Shown piece after piece: positions 28,824-38,309 of a DNA stretch of 64,000 nucleotides. The DNA is from a virus. Lineage: Duplodnaviria; Caudoviricetes. Location: IMG/VR virus record IMGVR_UViG_3300031993_000015. One strand, 5' to 3'. Below the pieces are notes generated by a model that was not told where the DNA came from, ran no database searches, and saw only the letters and a program-made list of their open reading frames with translations. Position 1 is the stretch's first letter. Every line of letters begins with the position of its first letter. Both the position numbers and the translations under genes were made by a program.

Positions 28824-29325
28824 GCGGATCCTGGAGTACATCGTACAGCACGAGCCCAGGGCGGTTAGCATCGCCCTGGGCATTCCTTTGCCTACGGTGG
28901 AGGCTATCCAGCTGGGCAAGAAGAGTACATGTACTCCGCTGGAGCTCGCTGCGATGGAAACGCGGATGGGCGGAATCTTGCGCGTAAAGACACGGTATGG
29001 CGCCAAGCCCTGGTTCACGAAGGACAGGCTCGTCGGCGTCCGGCACACGGAGCTGATAAAGGAGACAGCTGCATATGTCTCGCGCAGCTGGCCGATGCTG
29101 AAGAGGTACCGTGCGTACGAGAGTAAGAATACTAGAAAGAAGCGACCGATCTTCAGGCAGCTTTCCATGTATGCGCCCCTCTACAATTTCTGGGATTCCA
29201 TGCTCAAGGACACCTTGCCGTTCCTGCTGCGGCTATGGGATGAGTTCCCTGAGCACCGGAAGATACTGTTCCAGGACACAGGTTTCGAGAACGTGGTCAA
29301 CGAAATCAGGAGCCCCTCCAAGTGA
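28801..29325 (+). CDS. putative HTH DNA-binding protein
   Basis: N-terminal RAVSIALGIPLPTVEAIQLG HTH-like segment. Confidence 0.45.
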   Translation: MKQVPISKRILEYIVQHEPRAVSIALGIPLPTVEAIQLGKKSTCTPLELAAMETRMGGILRVKTRYGAKPWFTKDRLVGVRHTELIKETAAYVSRSWPMLKRYRAYESKNTRKKRPIFRQLSMYAPLYNFWDSMLKDTLPFLLRLWDEFPEHRKILFQDTGFENVVNEIRSPSK

Positions 29326-29338
29326 GGGGTTCCTTTTT
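29311..29338 (+). terminator. intrinsic terminator
   Basis: AGCCCCTC/GAGGGGTT hairpin followed by a T tract. Confidence 0.6.
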
Positions 29339-29354
29339 ATTGGGAGACATTATT

Positions 29355-29423
29355 ATGTCTTGTTTCGCTACTGGCTTCATCATCGGATTCATTATCCTGG
29401 TACTTGCGGGGTGTGGCCGATGA
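29355..29423 (+). CDS. 22-aa hydrophobic peptide ending in lipobox LAGC-GR
   Basis: GGGAG RBS; MSCFATGFIIGFIILVLAGCGR; ATGA overlap with the next gene. Confidence 0.45.
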   Translation: MSCFATGFIIGFIILVLAGCGR

Positions 29424-31087
29424 TACTGAAGCTGAACTCAGACAACCTCGGCAGTTACGGCACGCTGTTCGTAGGGGAACACACAAAAGTCCCGTGCCTG
29501 TATGCCAGCAGTGTGGACATTGTGTCAAATCGTCCGAGGGGTTGCTATACGAGCCATAACAAGTTCGGAGCAGACCTTGGCAACAATATGGACGATCTGG
29601 GTAATCGCCGCATCATGAACCTGGCATTCAGCGATTCGTTCTGTTGGAGAGCTCCAAACAGGAAGTCCATGGCCTGGTTTGAGAAGGAAAGCCAGCGTGT
29701 GCTGTCTTCATGGGAGAACCCCAACGGCAAATGGGAGATGACGCAATACTCCCCTGTGGCGCTGGACGATCTTGTATGGACCAACGCATGGCTGATGAAG
29801 ACAGACCGAGAGGACGAGCCGAACGACACGCATGTCAGGGACCATGCGTTTCTGGCGCAGATGCGCGGACATCTGAAGTATCATGTGGAGGGCGAGAATG
29901 CTCCCATAGACTTCAGTCCGCAGCTGGGTTTCTCGTTCGACTATATCTGGAGGCTTCCGCGCTTCCCCGGCGACCTGCGCAGGATTCCGATCATCAACAC
30001 GGAGATCGAAGCGACGTCGGTTCCCATGTACAGCAATGAGCGCAGCAACATCCGCAGTACGACGTTCAGGATGCACTGTGCGGACGGACCGTTGAGGTTC
30101 CGTATAGCCAAGCATCTGTCGGACATTTACAACGGCGGTCATTACAACCTGGTCACGGAACGAATCGTAAACAGTCACGGCGGCAGTCCTTATCAGAGGA
30201 TGCTGCTTGCGAAGCATGTTCTGAAGAGCATGGAGAAGTTCCACCTGTCCAGGAAGCGCGTCTTCGAGGCGTTCGATGTCCAGTATTCGGAAGTCTATCC
30301 GAAGGGTGCGCAGGCCATGACCTACGACGACCCGTATCTGCTGGAGAACGACTACGAGGAGCAGTTCGATATCTGGAACCCTGACAAGTATCAGATGTTC
30401 GGTGAACCGTACTTGACAGGCCAGGTGGATGTGCCTGACCGTGACAAGTTCGACGAGTTGTTCCCGAAGCTGAAGCAGGTGTTCGCAGACATTGATGAAC
30501 TGTACGAGCACGTCACCAGTATCAAGCAGTTGCTGGATATACCGACGGACTACTGGGAAGGCAAGGATCCGTGCAGGAAGTTGTCTGCCCTGCGCCATTC
30601 CGGAGCCGGCTGCTATAAGAAGCTGGGTTTGTTCGTGACGGACATGCAGGAGCTCACCGATTGCGGCCGGGAGATGGCGAACTATTTGTCACTCTCCACG
30701 TGGTCCAGTGAGTCCAACCACATGATCGACTACAAGCTGATGGTCCGCCTGGGAATACTTCCGAGGCTTCCGCGCCTGTCCACCGATAACAGATACGACC
30801 AGCACGAGATGACGTGGTTTTCATCCTGGAAGATGCGGGTCACGCCTTGCTGCTGTTTCGTAATGTCGCAGGACAAGCACGACAGGGCGTTCGCCAGACT
30901 TGAGAAGGCACTCGGTTACGAGATAGACCGGGAAGCCTTCGTGCAGGACTTGCAGAACAGCCTGAGAGGTCGTCAGAACCGCATAGCGGTCATCGTAGGA
31001 GGCATCGCGGAGTTCATACCGCGCAAGCGTGAGAACATCGTGAAGAGCCTCCAGAACGTTTACGGAAAGCAGGTGGAGTTCTTATGA
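29420..31087 (+). CDS. hypothetical protein, about 555 aa
   Basis: Long ORF; start chosen at the ATGA overlap. Confidence 0.7.
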   Translation: MILKLNSDNLGSYGTLFVGEHTKVPCLYASSVDIVSNRPRGCYTSHNKFGADLGNNMDDLGNRRIMNLAFSDSFCWRAPNRKSMAWFEKESQRVLSSWENPNGKWEMTQYSPVALDDLVWTNAWLMKTDREDEPNDTHVRDHAFLAQMRGHLKYHVEGENAPIDFSPQLGFSFDYIWRLPRFPGDLRRIPIINTEIEATSVPMYSNERSNIRSTTFRMHCADGPLRFRIAKHLSDIYNGGHYNLVTERIVNSHGGSPYQRMLLAKHVLKSMEKFHLSRKRVFEAFDVQYSEVYPKGAQAMTYDDPYLLENDYEEQFDIWNPDKYQMFGEPYLTGQVDVPDRDKFDELFPKLKQVFADIDELYEHVTSIKQLLDIPTDYWEGKDPCRKLSALRHSGAGCYKKLGLFVTDMQELTDCGREMANYLSLSTWSSESNHMIDYKLMVRLGILPRLPRLSTDNRYDQHEMTWFSSWKMRVTPCCCFVMSQDKHDRAFARLEKALGYEIDREAFVQDLQNSLRGRQNRIAVIVGGIAEFIPRKRENIVKSLQNVYGKQVEFL

Positions 31088-31323
31088 AAATCTTCTACCT
31101 GATAGACGCCATTATCACGGTCATCTTCTACCGGATACTGGAAAAGAACGACTGGCGCATCCTGCTGGTCTTTCTCATTGTTACCGCGCTGTTTGCCGGT
31201 ATTCGCATCACGCTCATCAGCGTTATCATCACCCTTGCGTTCTTCGTGATCCTTGACAGGGGTGCGATAGCTGAAATCAAACGGGCGTACAGACAAATCA
31301 AGGAACACAATGAAAATCAATAA
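31084..31323 (+). CDS. small membrane protein
   Basis: Two to three hydrophobic segments. Confidence 0.6.
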   Translation: MKIFYLIDAIITVIFYRILEKNDWRILLVFLIVTALFAGIRITLISVIITLAFFVILDRGAIAEIKRAYRQIKEHNENQ

Positions 31324-32029
31324 GGAAACCGCAATGAACTCAAAAACTACTGTGACCAAGTTGGTCAAGAAGTTCGAAGCACTGTGGACTGAATCGCTCG
31401 AAAATCGCTACCAGGCCGCCAAGGTCTACTACAAGGCGATCACCGAGCACCCCGACAACGAGACCCGCCGCCTGTTCCACGAGTCCGAGGCCCACAAGGA
31501 CTGGACCGCGCTCCGCTGGCGCTGGATCTACAACATCGGCAAGGCTGCCTGGCATGCGGAACAGCTCAAGGCCGGCAAGATCACGGAAATGCCTCGCGGC
31601 GGTATCTGCCGTGCCATGCTCGACATCCACAACTATTCGCTTGCAATGTCGATGCGTCAGATTCCGATTCAGCGCCAGGAGGAGATCTGTACCAACGGTC
31701 TCACGCTCTACTCCAAGGAGCACAAGGGCGGCGTGGTCATTCCTCTGCGCAAGCTGAACCGTCACCACATCATGCACTGCTTCGACATCGACTCCGGCAA
31801 CGAGATCCCGGTCGAACAGCAGCGCAAGAAACCGCTCCACGGCGCCAAGAAGGAACCCATCAAGTTCGTGACCGACCCGGCCAGCGGCAAGCTCCATGTC
31901 AGCGTTCAGCGCAAGTGCGTCATCAACGCCGGCCTTATGCTGGAAATCCTGGCACACAAGAACGACCAGGGTGCGTCCATTCTGGATGTCAAGCAGCTCT
32001 ACGACGTGATCCACAAGCTGGAGGCCTGA
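31310..32029 (+). CDS. hypothetical protein
   Basis: Strong codon bias; RBS present. Confidence 0.75.
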   Translation: MKINKETAMNSKTTVTKLVKKFEALWTESLENRYQAAKVYYKAITEHPDNETRRLFHESEAHKDWTALRWRWIYNIGKAAWHAEQLKAGKITEMPRGGICRAMLDIHNYSLAMSMRQIPIQRQEEICTNGLTLYSKEHKGGVVIPLRKLNRHHIMHCFDIDSGNEIPVEQQRKKPLHGAKKEPIKFVTDPASGKLHVSVQRKCVINAGLMLEILAHKNDQGASILDVKQLYDVIHKLEA

Positions 32030-32030
32030 T

Positions 32031-33047
32031 ATGAATTGGGCGGACATAGCTGCAATCGACAGTCCGGGCAATTACCCGGTCGGCCGCATTGAACAGGACA
32101 TCGAGCCGGAGGTCAAGGAGTACCTCAATGACTACAATCTCAATGAGATGAAGTACGAGGACATCCGTGAGCTTCTGTTCAAGATCCGTCAGGACCTGCA
32201 CCTCAAGCCGTGGCATCCGGTCACGCCTTATCTCCAGGCTTACGCTTTCGGCGATTGGGAATCCCGTGGCAAGCACATCAAAGGCAATCCGGTCGGATGG
32301 ATCAGTTGCACCGGCAATTACAGACCTCTCAGCATGTACACGCACGACATCACCGAGAGCTATCCGGTGTATGCGTCTATCGGTTCAGGCGAGCAGGTCT
32401 ATGTCGGCGAGCTCATCATGCAGATGGACGGCAAGAAGTGCTTCCGGTTCTGGGGCATTTACACCGAGCGCATGGTTGAGGACTGCTCCGGTTACGCCAG
32501 ACCCATCCGGGATCCGCGCACAGGTGAGCAGTACTTCACCAGCACGGTTCTCTGCACTTGGGAGGAGCGCATCACTCTGACGGGTGACGTCGTTGTGAAG
32601 GTTCAGTCCAGGAGACACAGGTTGTCAGCTGTCCGTTCCAATGGTGAACCGAAGTCCAAACAGAAGGACGAGCAGCTGGAACTCCCGCTGAAGCCTGCGG
32701 AGAAAGCGCCGGCAAAACACGTGAAGCTGGTCACAGTACAGTGTCTGGCAGGGTCCGATGTCGAGAAGCGCAAGTTTATCATCGAGCTGTTTATCGGCAT
32801 GTCGTCACTTGCGCGGGGTACGGTCGTTTCCCACGACAAGCTGACTGATGTTCTGACCGAGTACCTGAAGGAACTCGACAAGCCTGATGTGGGGATACAC
32901 ATTCCGGACATTGTGCTGATGGCCTGCTGGTCATACTATTGCATGATGCCTGACGACGAGTCGCGCAAGACTACCAAGTACTGGTACGATGCGCTGGTTC
33001 GTACCGAGGACACTCGTGTAACACTGGAAGGAACCCGTGTGCCATGA
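32031..33047 (+). CDS. hypothetical protein
   Basis: GGAGG RBS. Confidence 0.7.
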   Translation: MNWADIAAIDSPGNYPVGRIEQDIEPEVKEYLNDYNLNEMKYEDIRELLFKIRQDLHLKPWHPVTPYLQAYAFGDWESRGKHIKGNPVGWISCTGNYRPLSMYTHDITESYPVYASIGSGEQVYVGELIMQMDGKKCFRFWGIYTERMVEDCSGYARPIRDPRTGEQYFTSTVLCTWEERITLTGDVVVKVQSRRHRLSAVRSNGEPKSKQKDEQLELPLKPAEKAPAKHVKLVTVQCLAGSDVEKRKFIIELFIGMSSLARGTVVSHDKLTDVLTEYLKELDKPDVGIHIPDIVLMACWSYYCMMPDDESRKTTKYWYDALVRTEDTRVTLEGTRVP

Positions 33048-33331
33048 CAGAAGAGGAATACACACAGCTGAAAGACCGTGTAGACACGGTTGAGCAGGAA
33101 GTTGCCAATGTGAGTCGCATGTTGCAGGAAGTGCTTGTCAAGCTCGGCGTTAAGATCGAGAACTGCACAAACTGCACGCATCGCATAGGCGACTGCGAGG
33201 ATCCGTTCGACGATCCTGCGCAGAAGGTGTTCTGCGGGTTCTGGATGGACTATCATGTGCCGTCTCACCGGTGCAGGCAGTGGACTGACAAGCCGCAGGA
33301 CGACATCATTGATCTGGCGAGTTGTCCGTAG
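33044..33331 (+). CDS. small coiled-coil plus Cys-cluster protein
   Basis: CTNCTH...C...C. Confidence 0.6.
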   Translation: MTEEEYTQLKDRVDTVEQEVANVSRMLQEVLVKLGVKIENCTNCTHRIGDCEDPFDDPAQKVFCGFWMDYHVPSHRCRQWTDKPQDDIIDLASCP

Positions 33332-33339
33332 GAGGTTCT

Positions 33340-33636
33340 ATGTTTCTCAGACACATCAGGAACTTGTTCTGTAGTCCGGAACAACGCGAAATAGACAGAC
33401 TCAATGGAAAGTTACATAACTTGCTTGATGACATGAATGAACAGCTTGATAAGATGCTTGAGCCATTCAAGAAAGACCGCGAATGCCTTAATTGCAGTCA
33501 TCATAAGTTCACAGATTTAAGCGAGCTGTGTTCACCCATTGTCTGTGTAAAACGCAGAAAGATCGTAGATCCGCAGGATTGTTGCCCCGATTTCGATAAT
33601 CTGTGGGATCATCAAAGAGAAACACCATCGGCCTGA
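33340..33636 (+). CDS. small coiled-coil plus Cys-cluster protein
   Basis: AGGAGG RBS; CLNCSH...C...CC. Confidence 0.6.
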   Translation: MFLRHIRNLFCSPEQREIDRLNGKLHNLLDDMNEQLDKMLEPFKKDRECLNCSHHKFTDLSELCSPIVCVKRRKIVDPQDCCPDFDNLWDHQRETPSA

Positions 33637-34478
33637 AGGATTTCTTTGAGCTTCCCCTGAAGCCGTCTGAGCTTGATATGCAGGCGGGTGATGGGGAGGC
33701 CAGTTTCCTGGCAGATGGTGTTTTCGTCAAGTTGCTTGGCTCCGGCCAAGCCGTATAGGTGGATCAAAATGTATCTGTCCCTTTCGGGAAGGTCTTTCAT
33801 GGATTCATTCAACGCGGCAACCGCGTAGTCAACTTCACTTTTCTCTTGTGCTCCGTCGTCTAAATTCTCACCGATGAACTCACCGAACGTCGTACGACTG
33901 GAGTCGTCTTCACTCACGCTGGCCTCAATGGAGTAGACCTTGAGGTCAGCTCTTTTGATGTTTTCTAATTGTTTGTCTGACAGCCCCGTAATCCCTTTGA
34001 TTTCATCATCTGTCGGCTGTCGGTGGAATTGATTTGCGAAACTCAGTTTTACTTTTTCGAGGTTCAATACTTTTTGTGTTGCGCCACCCGGAATCCTTAT
34101 CGTATGCGTCTGTTCAGCGAGCGCCTTTCGGATTGCTTGCTTGATCCACCAGGTCGCATAACACGAGAACTTTGCTCCGTGTCCCGGCTGGAATTTGTCA
34201 GCTGCCGTCATCAGACCTCGGTTGCCTTCTGCCACGATATCGGCGAAGGTCATGCCGTAGCGCTTGAAATCATGGCTGATTTTTACGACCAGTTTGAGGT
34301 TCGAGTGAATCAGCTCTTCACGGGCTGCCTGCTTTTGCTCCTCTGTTCCGTTATGGATCAGATTTGAGAGCTCGACTTCGCGTTCTTTCGAGATTCTCTT
34401 GAAGCCATCAATGTCGTTCATGTAGCGGCTGATATCTTCTGTGAGCACGGACGCATTGCGGGTGGGACTGCAGATCAT
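33612..34478 (-). CDS. RNA polymerase sigma-70 family factor (RpoD/RpoS-like regions 1.2-4)
   Basis: YMNDI, ELIHSNLKLVVKIS, DIVAEGNRGL, KFSCYATWWIKQAI, TIRIP, LPERDRYIL; AAGGAG RBS before ATG 34478. Confidence 0.9.
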   Translation of the reverse strand: MICSPTRNASVLTEDISRYMNDIDGFKRISKEREVELSNLIHNGTEEQKQAAREELIHSNLKLVVKISHDFKRYGMTFADIVAEGNRGLMTAADKFQPGHGAKFSCYATWWIKQAIRKALAEQTHTIRIPGGATQKVLNLEKVKLSFANQFHRQPTDDEIKGITGLSDKQLENIKRADLKVYSIEASVSEDDSSRTTFGEFIGENLDDGAQEKSEVDYAVAALNESMKDLPERDRYILIHLYGLAGAKQLDENTICQETGLPITRLHIKLRRLQGKLKEILQADGVSL

Positions 34479-34610
34479 GGGTTTCTCCTTTTGGTTTTGG
34501 GTGATGCCAATCAATATAGCATCGGTTCCCGAATTTGTCAAACTCTGTTTTGCATTTTTGTGTAAATTCTTGTAAGTGTTTATTACTCATGCCTTTGCGG
34601 GCATAATACA

Positions 34611-35708
34611 ATGGAGAACTGCATGCTGTCCTATGTTGGGACGACGTGGACAGTTCCCATAACATCAATGGGGGAAGTACTCCCCAGAAAGGATTGGACC
34701 ATGTTGGCGCCAATTCCCTTCAACATCGACGTCCTCCGTGGACGTGAAGCGTTACACCTCATCAACCACAACGGGGGCTTTGCGCTCAGCGCAGAACTGA
34801 AGCCGAAGCTGACAAAGGGCAAGCTGAACGTCGCTATGCCCAGCCCTAACGAAAGCAACATGTTGGTGTGCGCTTTGCTGGGCATCTTGACGGGCCGGAA
34901 GGTGATGTTCATCTTCTGTGACCGGAAAGATGATCCCCGCTTCTGTGAGTGCGATTTCGTGCTCACGCAGCAGTCACCTCTGTTCGGCTCCGACAAGGCG
35001 GATGCCATCGAGGTGTTCCTTGCCATCCTGTGGAATACGCCGTGGGTGATCGAGCTCTTCGACGAACCTGCGGCCGCTGATGGATGGCTCCAGCAGATCT
35101 GGACCTCCTGCTTCGAGGGTCTCAGTTATGTCTGGCGTATCGCAGGCATGTCCCAGTGGGATGAGAAGGAGACTGCATGGAAAGCACTCTGGTGGCTCGA
35201 CAAGCAGCTCCGTGCTATGCAGCATACTTATCTTCTTGAGGGCAACCTTATGAAGAAGCTCCGCAGTATGGTGCATGACCACAAGGGTGTCATAAAGCTC
35301 CCGCCTGGATCGGACGGTATGGGCATCGACAAGTGCATTCAGTTCATTCGGGCTGTAGAAGCCGAGACGCTCAACGCCAGGGAGCATATCCCGGTCGTCG
35401 TCATCATCGGACAGCGTAGGGGTGTCTGGCATGTCTGGCCGGCGCTCACGCTGGACGACCAGGGCAACGAAGTTCCGTGCATGAACTTTAAGGCAGCGTT
35501 GCAAACCGAGCCTGACAGCCGCAAATGGATGGCGCGGCTCTACAGCAAACTGCATTACAACAAGTTCAGCAAGACCGAAGTCATCGAGTGCGCAGAAGGC
35601 CATGCTGCCTGTATGCTGGCGGACTGGCTTTGTGCCTGTTTCCACGGCAAGGCCAAGCAGGGAGACCTGGAAGGCATTGTCGGGCTCTATGATGGAATCC
35701 CCAAATAA
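34611..35708 (+). CDS. hypothetical protein, 365 aa (start uncertain)
   Basis: Long ORF divergent from the sigma gene. Confidence 0.65.
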   Translation: MENCMLSYVGTTWTVPITSMGEVLPRKDWTMLAPIPFNIDVLRGREALHLINHNGGFALSAELKPKLTKGKLNVAMPSPNESNMLVCALLGILTGRKVMFIFCDRKDDPRFCECDFVLTQQSPLFGSDKADAIEVFLAILWNTPWVIELFDEPAAADGWLQQIWTSCFEGLSYVWRIAGMSQWDEKETAWKALWWLDKQLRAMQHTYLLEGNLMKKLRSMVHDHKGVIKLPPGSDGMGIDKCIQFIRAVEAETLNAREHIPVVVIIGQRRGVWHVWPALTLDDQGNEVPCMNFKAALQTEPDSRKWMARLYSKLHYNKFSKTEVIECAEGHAACMLADWLCACFHGKAKQGDLEGIVGLYDGIPK

Positions 35709-35717
35709 GGAGCAACC

Positions 35718-35942
35718 ATGAGCAAACTCGATAACATTGGTGCAGGCACCTGCCCGAACTGCGAGAGCGAAGACGTCGAGAACGTCGGCGTTAACTACCT
35801 CAAGGATCACAATGAGGGCGTGAGCTACCTGCGCCGCTGCAACGACTGCGGAGCCAAGTTCCGCGAAGTTTACCAACTCGAATATATCGGTTCTGAACTC
35901 GTTTCGGTTCCGAAAACGCATAATGGAAGGAAAAATCAATGA
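35718..35942 (+). CDS. small zinc-ribbon protein
   Basis: CPNC...CNDCG..F.E.Y. Confidence 0.7.
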   Translation: MSKLDNIGAGTCPNCESEDVENVGVNYLKDHNEGVSYLRRCNDCGAKFREVYQLEYIGSELVSVPKTHNGRKNQ

Positions 35943-36313
35943 TGACGAACTTTCCGAACACGCCGGGTGCTACCCCGGCAAACCCTGAGAAATACATCCA
36001 GGGTGAGAAGGCCGACAAGGTCGAAACCGTGAAGTCCATTCTGATGGGCAAACCGCAGACCGAGCAGGCCAAGCAAGTCAGCGCCCTGTTGCAGGACATC
36101 TACGACCTCCAGGGCAAAGCAAGCCGTACGCCCGTGCTGTCGGAAGACGGCGCGGTTCTGCTGAAGGGCATTCAGGACAGTCTGTCCGCGATGGCCGCCA
36201 ATCTCACGACGTCGCTTGGCATCAAGTCCGAGAACGACGTGAACCGTGCAATCAACGAAATGCGTGCCCGCGTGGTCTACTACCAGAGTGCGCTGGAAGG
36301 AGTTTACGTATGA
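35939..36313 (+). CDS. hypothetical protein
   Basis: ATGA coupling; codon bias. Confidence 0.7.
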   Translation: MMTNFPNTPGATPANPEKYIQGEKADKVETVKSILMGKPQTEQAKQVSALLQDIYDLQGKASRTPVLSEDGAVLLKGIQDSLSAMAANLTTSLGIKSENDVNRAINEMRARVVYYQSALEGVYV

Positions 36314-36474
36314 CCGAAGTCTATTATGACCTGGGTCCGTGCTTCAGTATGATCTGCGCCAGTCTGTACGACTTCAGCGCATTCATCATGGAGCTCCCGC
36401 AGTTCCACCCTGTCATGACCATCCAAGGCGATGTACAGCTCGATACGCTGTTCATACAGGAGGACGCGGAATGA
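36310..36474 (+). CDS. small hypothetical protein, 54 aa
   Basis: AAGGAG RBS; ATGA overlaps at both ends. Confidence 0.55.
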   Translation: MTEVYYDLGPCFSMICASLYDFSAFIMELPQFHPVMTIQGDVQLDTLFIQEDAE

Positions 36475-36653
36475 CGTTCTGCAACAGTAAGGAATGTCCG
36501 AAGAAGGACAAGTGCGGAACGCACAGGGATCGCCTCACGGTACCGGAGGGAGTCAGCTGCCCAGTCTGGGAGTTCGACTTCTACAAGCTGGTCAAGGACG
36601 GCGAATGCAAAAACGAACGCAAGTTCGCAAGATACACCGTCAGAACAAACTAA
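36471..36653 (+). CDS. small Cys-rich protein
   Basis: GGAGG RBS; MTFCNSKECPKKDKC. Confidence 0.6.
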   Translation: MTFCNSKECPKKDKCGTHRDRLTVPEGVSCPVWEFDFYKLVKDGECKNERKFARYTVRTN

Positions 36654-36665
36654 GGAGAAATCCAA

Positions 36666-36911
36666 ATGTCATGCAATAGACTCGTGAAGGCTTTGACAAG
36701 CCTCATCAACATGAACAATGTCGCCGAGAAGGTCGAAGATATCTACGGCGAGGCCGACGATGAAATGAGCTGCAAGGAAATTACGGAGCTCGTAAAGTCC
36801 GGTCAGGTTCAGATCGTCATCGGAATCACCTGCTATGACCGCAACGGAGACTACGTCGGCGAAGACGAAGTCGAGTGCGAGCAGTCCGAGGATGACTACG
36901 ATGACGAATGA
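36666..36911 (+). CDS. small acidic protein
   Basis: AAGGAG RBS. Confidence 0.65.
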   Translation: MSCNRLVKALTSLINMNNVAEKVEDIYGEADDEMSCKEITELVKSGQVQIVIGITCYDRNGDYVGEDEVECEQSEDDYDDE

Positions 36912-37578
36912 TAAGCGCACCATCACCAGCTCCAAGTACGGCGACATCATTCACCAGGGTCAGGACTGGACCTTCATCGAGAGCGGAATGCTGCATGCAG
37001 CCACTGTAGAATGTGGCGGTATCGCCAGAATCGACAGCGGCGGGTCTGCAAGCGCCTGTACAGTGGAGCAAAACGGCCAGATGTGTGTCACTGCGGGTGG
37101 TCACGTAGAATGCGTCTGCGTGGCCTCTGCAGGCCTTCTGCGCGTTTCTAAAGGAGGCTTCGCAAGTATCCTGAACACATCCAGCGGCGGACATATCGTT
37201 CTCAGCGGCGGCTTTGCGCACAACGTCATACTGTCAGGCGGCCAGATCACTGTGTCAGAAGGCCAGGCAACGGAAGTCAACCTTGCAGGCCCCAACAGTT
37301 ATCTGGCCCTGCAGGACGGTACCTACGGTGCAGAAGTCCGTATCGGTTCCGACTGCACCGCCAGGGTCGCCAATGGAGCGCTGTTGGAGCATGTGACCGT
37401 CAGCTCCGGCGGCACACTGAAACTCTATCACCAGAGCATCTGCAGAGACATCATGCTGGAGCCCGGTGGTAGAATCGTCGCAACACACTATTCAATCATC
37501 TCAGGTCTGTCGTCTGTGCGCGATTATGCGCTCAAGGTGCATGACTCTGAAATAAACATGCTTGTCATCGAGGGATGA
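36901..37578 (+). CDS. AIDA-like beta-helix repeat protein
   Basis: About 19-aa repeats V..GG...(I/V).SGG.A. Confidence 0.7.
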   Translation: MTNDKRTITSSKYGDIIHQGQDWTFIESGMLHAATVECGGIARIDSGGSASACTVEQNGQMCVTAGGHVECVCVASAGLLRVSKGGFASILNTSSGGHIVLSGGFAHNVILSGGQITVSEGQATEVNLAGPNSYLALQDGTYGAEVRIGSDCTARVANGALLEHVTVSSGGTLKLYHQSICRDIMLEPGGRIVATHYSIISGLSSVRDYALKVHDSEINMLVIEG

Positions 37579-37594
37579 CAGAAAGGAATACACA

Positions 37595-38050
37595 ATGGAT
37601 CTCGTAACAATCACAACCGGAATTGCTGGTGTCGTCATCGCAATATTCGTCGCTTGTGCCTGCATTGGCATCATGCTGGAATACAGACGGGACGACAACT
37701 ACGACTTCAAGAGGAATCTGGGCGGTCTCATGCATCTTGCCCAGCGGTTAGAGCAGAAGGATCTGTCTCCGGAGGCCGGTTCAGAGGCACTTGCCGATCT
37801 GTTCAAGGAGATCGACAGAGACGCTGCAGCTGTCAATCAGGCCGCACTGCGCCACAGATATCACGCTCGGTGGTTCCATGTCTGGGCAATTATCTGTGTG
37901 CTGATCGCCTGTCTCGTGTTCGTCGGCGGCCTGTTCCTGGACAACCATATCCAGAATAAAGTCAACGAATCTTACCGTGCAGGAAACCAGCATGGAATGA
38001 ATGTCGCACGCGGTATCTGGGAGGCAACTCATGTCGAACAGGCAGAATGA
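37595..38050 (+). CDS. membrane protein with two TM helices
   Basis: Two hydrophobic segments; AAGGA RBS. Confidence 0.7.
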   Translation: MDLVTITTGIAGVVIAIFVACACIGIMLEYRRDDNYDFKRNLGGLMHLAQRLEQKDLSPEAGSEALADLFKEIDRDAAAVNQAALRHRYHARWFHVWAIICVLIACLVFVGGLFLDNHIQNKVNESYRAGNQHGMNVARGIWEATHVEQAE

Positions 38051-38309
38051 CGGTATCCAGCTTTACATCAACGGCAAGCGCACGAACATATGCAGGCTGG
38101 ATGATGAGAAGCTGGACAAGCTCATCGAAAGCTCCAGGGCGCTCGTAGGCAACTGCGAGCGCCAGCTTGCTCTTACACAGGAAATGCTGGAAGCCATCAA
38201 GCTGAAGCTCAAAGCAGCCAAGGCAGAACTCGCGAGCTGGGAAGAGCTCAAGAGCATCCGTGCGGAACGCAGCAACATCTTCGACAAGTGGGAGGAGACC
38301 GATGAGTAA
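38031..38309 (+). CDS. small coiled-coil protein
   Basis: GGAGG RBS; heptad pattern. Confidence 0.65.
   Translation: MSNRQNDGIQLYINGKRTNICRLDDEKLDKLIESSRALVGNCERQLALTQEMLEAIKLKLKAAKAELASWEELKSIRAERSNIFDKWEETDE

Noticed and set aside
34611-35708. Degenerate MYG1/DHH-like hydrolase
   Set aside because: Only a vague resemblance in spacing; the catalytic His/Asp motifs are absent, so it is left as hypothetical
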